Source of the DNA: a virus
IMG/VR virus record: IMGVR_UViG_3300045972_000139
Location: 1 to 49,761 of that record
Direction: 5' to 3' (one strand)
DNA: 49,761 bases
The notes under the pieces were generated by a model that was given only the letters and a program-made list of their open reading frames with translations, was not told the origin of the DNA and searched no databases. Position numbers and translations under genes: made by a program. Below, piece by piece: positions 18,364 to 24,943 of this stretch (the first letter of the stretch is position 1; each line of letters starts with the position of its first letter).

Positions 18364-19109
18364 GGCCCAGCGTTCGCGCGGCGTTCGTGGGCTTCTCGGC
18401 GGGGCCCGAGGGCGTCGTACCGTGGATGTACGCAGACATTCTGGGCCTCGTCACCACGGGCATCGGCAACCTGATCGACCCGCCATCAGCTGCGCTCGGC
18501 TTGCCTTGGGTGGTCGCCGCGACTGGGCAGATTGCCACGGTGGCCGACGTGATGAGGGACTGGCATCGGGTGAAGAACGACCCCTCGCTGCGCACCCTCG
18601 GCCACCGTGCGTGCGAGCACATCACCGCGCTGCGGCTCACTGACGAGGGCGTCGACTTCGTCGTGGCTCGCACGCTGGAGGCGAACGACGTCGCCCTTTC
18701 GCGGCGCATCCCGGACTGGGAGGACCTACCCGCGTGCGCGCAACTCGCCATGCACTCGCTCGCGTGGGCATGTGGGCCTCACGCGAATTTCCCCGCACTG
18801 TTCTCGGCGGTCAACGCTGGCGACTTCGACGCGGCGGCGGTTCACATCGCGATCAACGAGTGGTCGCAGCGCCCCGACGGGACGCGCGTGCGGAATGCGG
18901 GGCTCGTGCCGCGCAACGCGGCGAACCGCGTGCTGATGCGGAACGCCTCGCGCGTGCAGGGCTATCACCTCGACCCGGACTTGATCGACTGGACGCACGA
19001 CCTCGCGGTCACCGACGCGCCCACCGTGCCCGCGCTCCCCGAGTCGGAGACGGGCAGCGGGCCGATCATCCACCCGCTCTCCTACGGCGAGCCCGACGAC
19101 GTGGCGTGA
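18360..19109 (+). CDS. Endolysin, T4-type lysozyme (GH24)
   Basis: EGVVPWMYADILGLVTTGIGNLI aligns residue for residue with the T4L catalytic motif [23 protein letters not shown] (Glu, Asp, Thr). GTG start in a GTGA overlap. Confidence 0.85.
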   Translation: MRPSVRAAFVGFSAGPEGVVPWMYADILGLVTTGIGNLIDPPSAALGLPWVVAATGQIATVADVMRDWHRVKNDPSLRTLGHRACEHITALRLTDEGVDFVVARTLEANDVALSRRIPDWEDLPACAQLAMHSLAWACGPHANFPALFSAVNAGDFDAAAVHIAINEWSQRPDGTRVRNAGLVPRNAANRVLMRNASRVQGYHLDPDLIDWTHDLAVTDAPTVPALPESETGSGPIIHPLSYGEPDDVA

Positions 19110-19128
19110 GACGGCACGAGATGGGGCG

Positions 19129-19389
19129 TCACGGGCCCCACTCGGCGCACTCGGGGCAGTAGCGCTGATACTCGGCGCGGTATGACCCGCAGCCTTCGCA
19201 GTTGTCCTTCCCCCGAATCGCCTCCGCCATCGCGATGAGGCCCGCGAGCGCGGCGGCGCCTCGCAGGTAGGCGCGGCACTCCGTGTGCGTCGGGCACCAC
19301 CAGCCCACGCATGTGCACTGCCCGCAGACGACGCACGGCGGCGCTCCGTAGCGGCACGGCGGCTCGGGACCACCGCCGGCCCACCTCAC
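19129..19389 (-). CDS. Cys-rich (about 14 Cys) putative zinc-binding protein
   Basis: A GTG is preceded by GGAGG. Several CxxC pairs are present (CVVCGQCTC, CEGC, CPEC). It is the last gene of the leftward arm. Confidence 0.55.
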   Translation of the reverse strand: MRWAGGGPEPPCRYGAPPCVVCGQCTCVGWWCPTHTECRAYLRGAAALAGLIAMAEAIRGKDNCEGCGSYRAEYQRYCPECAEWGP

Positions 19390-19525
19390 CGCGTCGCCTC
19401 CGGCCACGCGCGCGCGGCGGTCCAGTCGTGCAGCGCGGTGCCGTAGCGCGCAGGGAGCACGACGAGCAGCGGGTGCGCGACCGCGTTGTGGACGGCGGAC
19501 CAGAGCCAGCGGGTCGCGGAGTCGA

Positions 19526-19658
19526 GGCTGGGGCCTGGAATTGAACCAGGGACCACCGGCTTACAAGGCCGGCGCTCTGTCGCCGCTTGCACGGCAGCCG
19601 AGGCGGTTTCCGGCGTCGACTGACCGGACCTTTCCCGAACGTTCTGAGCTACCCCAGC
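19526..19658 (-). tRNA. tRNA-Thr(UGU)-like gene with a ~60-nt insertion in the D-loop (133 nt, no encoded CCA)
   Basis: Manual fold: acceptor GCUGGGG/CCCCAGC, D-stem GCUC/GAGC, anticodon stem CCGGC/GCCGG with loop CUUGUAA, variable UGGUC, T-arm CCUGG-UUCAAUU-CCAGG. The D-loop is 68 nt. Confidence 0.7.
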
Positions 19659-19674
19659 CTCCACTCCGCCACGC

Positions 19675-19917
19675 TCACCCATCGCCCGCATCCTTCTCCG
19701 CGTCGCCCGCGGCGGCGGCCATCAGCAGCCCAGCCAGCGCGGAGAACGCGCTCGACAGCCTCTCGCAGTCGTCCTGCGACAGATACGACTTGTACCGGCC
19801 TCCCTCCTCATCGGGCAGGTAGCACTTCACCATGTCGCCCCGGCAGGTCACCACGGCGTCAATCCCAAGCTCGTTGACGACAGCCAACGCGCCGTCACGA
19901 TAGCTCTCCGCGCTCAC
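19675..19917 (-). CDS. Hypothetical protein (80 aa)
   Basis: GTG in a GTGA overlap with the stop of 19914..20645. Only this part of ORF 19675..20193 is protein-like. Confidence 0.6.
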   Translation of the reverse strand: MSAESYRDGALAVVNELGIDAVVTCRGDMVKCYLPDEEGGRYKSYLSQDDCERLSSAFSALAGLLMAAAAGDAEKDAGDG

Positions 19918-20645
19918 CGCCCCACCTCCGCCGCGAGGCAGCCAGGGGCAGAGCGATACGCATCGACGGCCACGGCGAGCGCGGTGCATGCATCGGTGTC
20001 GAATCTGCCGTCCTCGTCGGCGGCGACGCATCGACGGGCAGCGCGCAGCAGGGTGTGCTCTCTCGTGCGGTACTCCTCCCCGCGCTGATTTACCCCGAGC
20101 TCTCTCCGCAGCGCGGTCACCTCCGCCGCGAGGCAGCCCGGCGCGTGGGATTCGGGGGCGTCGATGGGCCATGTGCGCGTGCAGACCCCGCATAGCCTCG
20201 CGTCGCCGTCAGGAAGCTCGGAGATACGATGCTGCGTCATCGTCCGCAGCGCCGCCCGCAGCGCGGTCACCTCGGCGCGGAGGGCGTTGGCGTCCGGGAT
20301 GGTGTACTCGGGGTCGACGCCGTACTCGGGCGCCCATAGCACCGCAGGCTTGCCCACGCGGATGTTGTCGGCGGCCTGGCGTAGCCTCGCACCTGGCATG
20401 GTGAGCGGACCCGCGCCCGTCTCCATGAAGTGCGCGAGCACCTCGCAGTGACGAGCACACCGCTCACGTTCGGCGTCCCGCTCCGCCCGCGCCTCATCGC
20501 GCTCGCGGGTGAGGGTGGCGATGGTGGCGCGGAAGTCCTCGTAGGGCGCGGCGAGCGCGTGGCTCAGTGCCGCGCGGGACGATGCGGCGTCGCAGTCGCT
20601 ACACCCGAACGCGGGGCTGCCCGCGTGCGCGACGCAGCCGCTCAC
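19914..20645 (-). CDS. Hypothetical protein with internal duplications (PGCLAAEV / AEVTALR motifs)
   Basis: 243 aa, GTGA-coupled. It holds an exact 21-bp (19923-19943 = 20118-20138) and an exact 17-bp (20107-20123 = 20257-20273) in-frame repeat. Confidence 0.7.
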   Translation of the reverse strand: MSGCVAHAGSPAFGCSDCDAASSRAALSHALAAPYEDFRATIATLTRERDEARAERDAERERCARHCEVLAHFMETGAGPLTMPGARLRQAADNIRVGKPAVLWAPEYGVDPEYTIPDANALRAEVTALRAALRTMTQHRISELPDGDARLCGVCTRTWPIDAPESHAPGCLAAEVTALRRELGVNQRGEEYRTREHTLLRAARRCVAADEDGRFDTDACTALAVAVDAYRSAPGCLAAEVGR

Positions 20646-20947
20646 GTCCCACCTCCCGCATCGAGGGCCGCGAGGGCGTTGCCGGTGGCGTTCTCCGCTT
20701 CGACGACACGCTCGACTACCTCGCCCATTTCCTCGTCAACAAATGCGGCGTGCGTCGCATAGGGCAGGTAGCCCAGGTGCAGTACCAGCACCCTCGCCGC
20801 CTCCACCACGGCGCGCATCGCCTCGACGCGAGCCTCCGCAGCGAGGGCGCGGGTGTGCCACGTCGCGACGGTGCCCCCGAGGGCGTCCACCACGTCGGCG
20901 CGGGTGAGTCCCGCATCCGGGCCGGGCTGCTTGCGTCGTGTCGTCAT
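20642..20947 (-). CDS. Hypothetical protein
   Basis: 101 aa with ATG and a GGAG RBS. Balanced composition. Confidence 0.7.
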   Translation of the reverse strand: MTTRRKQPGPDAGLTRADVVDALGGTVATWHTRALAAEARVEAMRAVVEAARVLVLHLGYLPYATHAAFVDEEMGEVVERVVEAENATGNALAALDAGGGT

Positions 20948-21013
20948 GTCTCAGTTCTCCGTCCCCTCGCCAGGTCGCGAGCCTGGTAACGCGTCATCGC
21001 CGAGGGGTGCGTG

Positions 21014-21235
21014 TCAGGTCGCCACGATGTCTGCGCGGTCGCCGTAGCCGTAGCCGGAGCCGTAGCCGTAGCCGTCGCCGTCGCCGTAGCCGGAGCCGTC
21101 GCCGGAGCCGTCGCCGTAGCCGTAGCCGGAGCCGGAGCCGTCGCCGTAGCCGTAGCCGTAGCCGGAGCCGTCGCCGTAGCCGGAGCCGTCGCCGGAGCCC
21201 AGATCCGTCGGGGCCTTGCCCCTCAGGACTTCCAC
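21014..21235 (-). CDS. Low-complexity (Gly-X)27 peptide with X = Tyr, Ser or Asp, 73 aa
   Basis: GTG at 21235 lies just upstream of the stop of 21223..21546. The ORF reads VEVLRGKAPTDL-(GX)27-RADIVAT and is the only minus-strand frame of the hexamer array that sits in an ORF of the supplied track. Confidence 0.5.
   Translation of the reverse strand: MEVLRGKAPTDLGSGDGSGYGDGSGYGYGYGDGSGSGYGYGDGSGDGSGYGDGDGYGYGSGYGYGDRADIVAT
21038..21199 (-). repeat. 27 tandem hexanucleotides (plus-strand GCCGTA / GCCGGA / GCCGTC)
   Basis: Read directly: 162 nt of uninterrupted GCC-G(T/G)(A/C) units. Confidence 0.9.
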
Positions 21236-21546
21236 GGCGCGGCCTTCCACGCGGCCTCGGCCGCAGGCGTCACCGCGAGGACCGCCGTGATGTTGCGCAG
21301 CACGATGTCCGCCGCGAGGCCGATGCGGCACGACGCGCTCGGCCCGTTCGACGCGAGCCCCATGAAGCCCTTGACGTCGGCGCTCCAGTAGACGCAGAGG
21401 CGCGCGTCGCGTAGCGCGATCGTCTCCCCGTCGATGTCCGTCGCGTAGCCGAAAAACACACCGCGATGCGCGGTCGTCACGACCACCGGACGGGCCTTGC
21501 TGGTGGTGGTCTTCTTCGCGGTCTTCTTCTTCGTCGCCATTCTCAT
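21223..21546 (-). CDS. Hypothetical protein with a Lys/Thr-rich N-terminus
   Basis: 107 aa, ATGA-coupled to the upstream gene, with protein-like composition. Confidence 0.7.
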   Translation of the reverse strand: MRMATKKKTAKKTTTSKARPVVVTTAHRGVFFGYATDIDGETIALRDARLCVYWSADVKGFMGLASNGPSASCRIGLAADIVLRNITAVLAVTPAAEAAWKAAPWKS

Positions 21547-21776
21547 TTCTCCTTCGTCGTTGTCGATGCGAAATCCTCAATGCGCACCCTGCACTCACTA
21601 GCGCTGCTCCACACGCCGTCGCTCTCCGCATCCACCTCCCGGCAGATGCGCACCGCCTCCGCGAGCGCCTCCGCGCGCACCTCGCGCAGGAGGGAGGCGA
21701 GGTCGATGAACTGCGGACGGTGGACGTTAGCCTCCAGCCACGCCCGCGCGCGGGCTTCGTCGGCGGGGGCGGTCAT
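21543..21776 (-). CDS. Hypothetical protein (77 aa)
   Basis: ATG in an ATGA overlap with the stop of the GNAT gene. The alternative ATG at 21791 is not excluded. Confidence 0.6.
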   Translation of the reverse strand: MTAPADEARARAWLEANVHRPQFIDLASLLREVRAEALAEAVRICREVDAESDGVWSSASECRVRIEDFASTTTKEK

Positions 21777-22222
21777 GGGGTCATCTCCCATCGAAGCTTG
21801 ACCTGAGTGGGCGCGTGGTCGACACGGGGCCGCGTAGGGCGCGTCCACGACCCGCCGCCGGCCTCTCCGATGCACCTCCACCCGCTCGCGCGAAGGCTGC
21901 CCCCCCCCTCTTCCGGCAGGGTGTACGTTACGAGCTTGCGATACCCGAGCGCGCGAGCTGCGCGCCACGCGGCGCCGTAGAGCATCGAGCATGCGTTGCG
22001 CTCGCCCGTCGTCGCCACGCGCGTGACTTCGGCGGTCCACCCGTCCTGAAGCCCGCGCGCGACAGGGCGACCGACGACGGCCACACCGACTACGACACCG
22101 CCGAGCGAGCAGCCGACTGCGAAGAGTCCCGACTGTGGCGGCTTGTGATGCCGATGGTGCGCCGCTACGAACGCCTTCGCGTCGCCGATGGTCACCGGGT
22201 GGAGCATGAGCCGCTCGCTCAC
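21773..22222 (-). CDS. GNAT-fold acetyltransferase-like protein
   Basis: The pattern HRHHKPPQSGLFAVG...VGVAVVGRPVARGL...EVTRVAT...NACSMLYGAAWRAARALGY recalls a phage/plasmid GNAT family. GTG in a GTGA overlap; alternative ATG at 22207. Confidence 0.55.
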   Translation of the reverse strand: MSERLMLHPVTIGDAKAFVAAHHRHHKPPQSGLFAVGCSLGGVVVGVAVVGRPVARGLQDGWTAEVTRVATTGERNACSMLYGAAWRAARALGYRKLVTYTLPEEGGGSLRASGWRCIGEAGGGSWTRPTRPRVDHAPTQVKLRWEMTP

Positions 22223-22362
22223 CTCCGCACCCGCAGCGGCCGTAGCTTGCGCGCCCGCTCGTAGGCGGCGACCGCGTCGATCAGAGCTAGGTACGCGGAC
22301 GTGTCGCGCTCCGACGCGTACCGGCGCGCCGCTAGGATGAGGGCGTCGAGTTCGGGGGTCAT
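22219..22362 (-). CDS. Small helical ORF (47 aa), below the track size cut-off
   Basis: Reads MTPELDALILAARRYASERDTSAYLALIDAVAAYERARKLRPLRVRR. ATGA overlap upstream and GTGA overlap downstream. Confidence 0.45.
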   Translation of the reverse strand: MTPELDALILAARRYASERDTSAYLALIDAVAAYERARKLRPLRVRR

Positions 22363-22877
22363 GCTGCCACCGCCCGAAGTCCGTTGACGAACGCGAGGAG
22401 CGCGTCAGACGGGCGGAACCACTCGCCGTCGAGCCGGTCCTCCGAGAACCTGGCGTGAAGCCGGAGCTCGTCGGGCTTGTCACCGGGGAAGCACGCCGCC
22501 AACTCGACGGCCGAGCACGCGAGCTTGCGAAGCTCCTGGACGCGGCGCATCACGTCCGACGTCCAGCCAATCTTGACCGCACCGTCCGTCGCCCGGACGG
22601 CCACGTAGACAACGCCGCAGCGCCCCCGTGCGATGCTCTTCGGGTAGCGTGCCTCGACCCACGCGAGGCCATCGGCAGGCGTGATCCACACGCCTCCGCG
22701 GCCGCCACAGTCGGTACGCCGCGCGGGCATCCCTTCGTGGAGCCAGCGCTTCACCGTGCCGTGCGCGACGTCGATGCGCTCCGCGAACCGTCGCCCATTC
22801 ATCTCGCCGGTACGGAGAATGCCCGCCGCACGCTCGGCGCGGGACTCCGGAATCTGGCACTTCGCAGGGGATTTCAT
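22359..22877 (-). CDS. HTH + T5orf172 (GIY-YIG-like, MUG113-type) domain protein
   Basis: N-terminal HTH (MNGRRFAERIDVAHGTVKRWL), then GVVYVAVRATDGAVKIGWTSDVMRRVQELR...LHARF...GEWF. ATG at 22877 is preferred over TTG at 22916. Confidence 0.65.
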   Translation of the reverse strand: MKSPAKCQIPESRAERAAGILRTGEMNGRRFAERIDVAHGTVKRWLHEGMPARRTDCGGRGGVWITPADGLAWVEARYPKSIARGRCGVVYVAVRATDGAVKIGWTSDVMRRVQELRKLACSAVELAACFPGDKPDELRLHARFSEDRLDGEWFRPSDALLAFVNGLRAVAA

Positions 22878-22924
22878 GGTGTAACCTTGGCGTATTTCCG
22901 AACTTATGTCAATCAACGCGACTG

Positions 22925-24340
22925 TTACGGTCGCACATCTTCAGCGAGGGCTTCGGCGGTGCGCCACGTGAAGCGCAGCGGCGCGCCGGGGGCGACGTGG
23001 GCAGCGGTCGCGAGGTCTTGCACAACGGCTCGTCGGACATCGGGCGCCGCACGCTTCCACGACTTCGCTAGCACGTCGAGCGACCGAAGCACGTCGCGGC
23101 GGACCTCCTCGCTCGCGAGCGCACTCGGCTTCGCGTCGGCCACCTCCGCTGCGTCAAGGCGGCGTTGCGCTTCGTCGATCTTCGCGACCTTCACGCGCTT
23201 CTCATCGCGAGTCATGTCCCCATCGTCGAACGACTCCAGCACGCGTTCGCGCTTCGCCGCTAGCTTCGCGCGCTTCGCGGCGTAATCGACCACCGGCGCG
23301 GACACCGGCTCGGGTCCGCGCGCGATGTCCTCACGCAGCTCCGCGAGCCGAGCGACAATGAGCGGGCCGGCCTCCGACTCGACGGTGCCCACCCGTATGT
23401 AGTTCGTCGTGCAGTGCGCCGCGCATCGGTAGTAGTGCCGACGACCTGAGCCGACCGGACCCGCGTATGCCGCCGACATCTTCGCCCCGCAGAGTCCACA
23501 TCGAGCGATGTCGCGAAGGAGCCATGTCGACGTCTCCGACACAGCCGACCGCGCCTTGCCCATGAGGCGGCGCGAGGCCACCGCGTCGCGCGCCTTGTCG
23601 AACGTCGCCGCGTCGATCAGAGGCTCGTGATGCCCCTTGACCCACTCGCCCCGGCTGTTCTCGATGGCGCCCGTGTAGAGCCGCGTGCGGAGGATGCCGT
23701 TGACGCTGTCCTTCCGCATGCCGAGCTCCGTCGCGATATCGCTCATCGACTTGCCGCGGATCGCCAGGCGGAACACCTGGCGCACGCGCTCCGCCCCATT
23801 GGGATCGACGGAGAGGACGTTGCGATCCTGGCCTCGCGCGAGAGGGCGCACGTAGCCGATGGGCGGCAATCCTTCGACGTAGAACCCTCGGTCGCGGAGC
23901 AGTTGCCGCGTACCGACCAGGCGGTCCCGTATTCGGGCGTGCTCCTCGTCCGCCATCATCGCGCGCATCGTCAGCATCATCTTCCCGTCGCGTGTCGACG
24001 GGTCGCACGAGTCGTCGATCGCGTAGAAGCTCGCGCCCTTCTCCAGAATCTCGCGAACGCTCTTCAGCGTCTGCTCCGTGTCGCGGCTCCACCTGTCGAG
24101 CTTCGCGCAGAGCACGATGTCACCTTCGCGTACGTCGCGATGTAGCGCGAGCATCTGGGTGCGCCGCTCTTGCTTCTCGCGGATGCCAGACTCGGCCTCG
24201 ACGAAGAAGCGATCGACCGTCAGGCCGCGGCTTTTCGCGTACGTCGAGATCGTGTTTTGCTGGTCTTGGAGGCTCGTGCCGTGGGCTTGCTCGACGGACG
24301 AGACGCGGGCGTAGCCGATGGCTCTTCGGGGTCTGGACAT
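22925..24340 (-). CDS. int: Large serine recombinase (integrase)
   Basis: N-terminal resolvase motif AIGYARVSSVEQ...DRWSRD, a long C-terminal recombinase/zinc-ribbon region with Cys pairs, and a coiled coil. The alternative upstream ATG at 24400 would add 20 aa. Confidence 0.9.
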   Translation of the reverse strand: MSRPRRAIGYARVSSVEQAHGTSLQDQQNTISTYAKSRGLTVDRFFVEAESGIREKQERRTQMLALHRDVREGDIVLCAKLDRWSRDTEQTLKSVREILEKGASFYAIDDSCDPSTRDGKMMLTMRAMMADEEHARIRDRLVGTRQLLRDRGFYVEGLPPIGYVRPLARGQDRNVLSVDPNGAERVRQVFRLAIRGKSMSDIATELGMRKDSVNGILRTRLYTGAIENSRGEWVKGHHEPLIDAATFDKARDAVASRRLMGKARSAVSETSTWLLRDIARCGLCGAKMSAAYAGPVGSGRRHYYRCAAHCTTNYIRVGTVESEAGPLIVARLAELREDIARGPEPVSAPVVDYAAKRAKLAAKRERVLESFDDGDMTRDEKRVKVAKIDEAQRRLDAAEVADAKPSALASEEVRRDVLRSLDVLAKSWKRAAPDVRRAVVQDLATAAHVAPGAPLRFTWRTAEALAEDVRP

Positions 24341-24403
24341 GCGAGAGCCTTCAATAGCAGAGCTGCGATGCGGTCGAACCTCGTCATAGTGTTGCCTCAT
24401 TTT

Positions 24404-24601
24404 TCACGTCGGTATCCCCCGCGGCATCGCCATCTGCAACGACGCCACCTGAGCCTCGAGAATCGCGATCCGCTCCTCGGTCGTGCGAGTCGTCGGATGT
24501 CGCGTGGCGTAAGGCGGGGCCTCGCACTCGCACGGTGGATCGTGCCCGGCGTCGCGCTCGCAGCGGTGCGGGCCGGAGGTCGTGGGGCAGCGTGTGGTCA
24601 T
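24404..24601 (-). CDS. Small Cys/His-containing hypothetical protein (65 aa)
   Basis: ATG in an ATGA overlap with the upstream ORF. Lies just upstream of int. Confidence 0.4.
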   Translation of the reverse strand: MTTRCPTTSGPHRCERDAGHDPPCECEAPPYATRHPTTRTTEERIAILEAQVASLQMAMPRGIPT

Positions 24602-24750
24602 GACGGGCACCCAGCCAGCCGCCACGCGTTCTGAGCGAGCGAGTCGCACGTCGCGCGCGCGAGGTCCTCCCACATCCACGGGGAGCGCAGCGCTTGCCAT
24701 CCACGGTCGGGGATAGCCACGCGGGGACGGTAATCTAGGCACATCTGCAT
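24598..24750 (-). CDS. Small hypothetical protein (50 aa)
   Basis: ATG preceded by GAGG. Confidence 0.4.
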   Translation of the reverse strand: MQMCLDYRPRVAIPDRGWQALRSPWMWEDLARATCDSLAQNAWRLAGCPS

Positions 24751-24943
24751 TGACCTCACGTGACCTTCCTCTAGTCCCCGCCGCAGGATTCGCACCTGCC
24801 CCAACCTTCAGCGCCGTTCGGAATACGCCTCGGGTCTTCGTCTAGGACGGGGGTAAGCAGCTCGCGTTTCATCGCGGCGAGCCAACGCGGTCAGTGCGCG
24901 GGGTTCAAGCGCGCGCTGAAGTCAGAAGGGCGGCGCACCGAAG

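Noticed and set aside
19578-19645. Hammerhead, twister or other known small ribozyme in the D-loop insert
   Set aside because: I found no CUGAUGA...GAAA hammerhead core arrangement, nor the conserved twister or pistol strings I remember. This needs a covariance-model scan, so it is rejected only provisionally.
19526-19658. The tRNA-like element as an attP core or prophage-junction remnant
   Set aside because: att cores derived from tRNAs usually contain only the 3' part of the gene. Here both halves and all four arms are present. The integrase is a serine recombinase located about 3 kb away.
19386-19691. 101-aa ORF covering the tRNA locus
   Set aside because: It spans the entire tRNA-like gene and its N-terminal part is low-complexity. 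The remaining C-terminal piece has no usable start codon.
21038-21199. CRISPR array, considered both here and at the 60-bp repeats of 87-767
   Set aside because: Both are contiguous tandem repeats without unique spacers. The unit sizes of 6 bp and ~60 bp lie inside ORFs, and no cas genes are present.
20938-21414. Plus-strand ORFs encoding (SR)n (20938..21414) and (AV)n (21011..21391) proteins
   Set aside because: These are alternative-frame read-outs of the same hexamer array, on the non-coding strand of a uniformly minus-strand arm. They have no coupled start or RBS.
24771-24872. 33-codon minus-strand ORF (MKRELLTPVLDEDPRGIPNGAEGWGRCESCGGD) in the DUF669-int spacer
   Set aside because: It is too short, has no RBS and has no supporting context. 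It is left unannotated.
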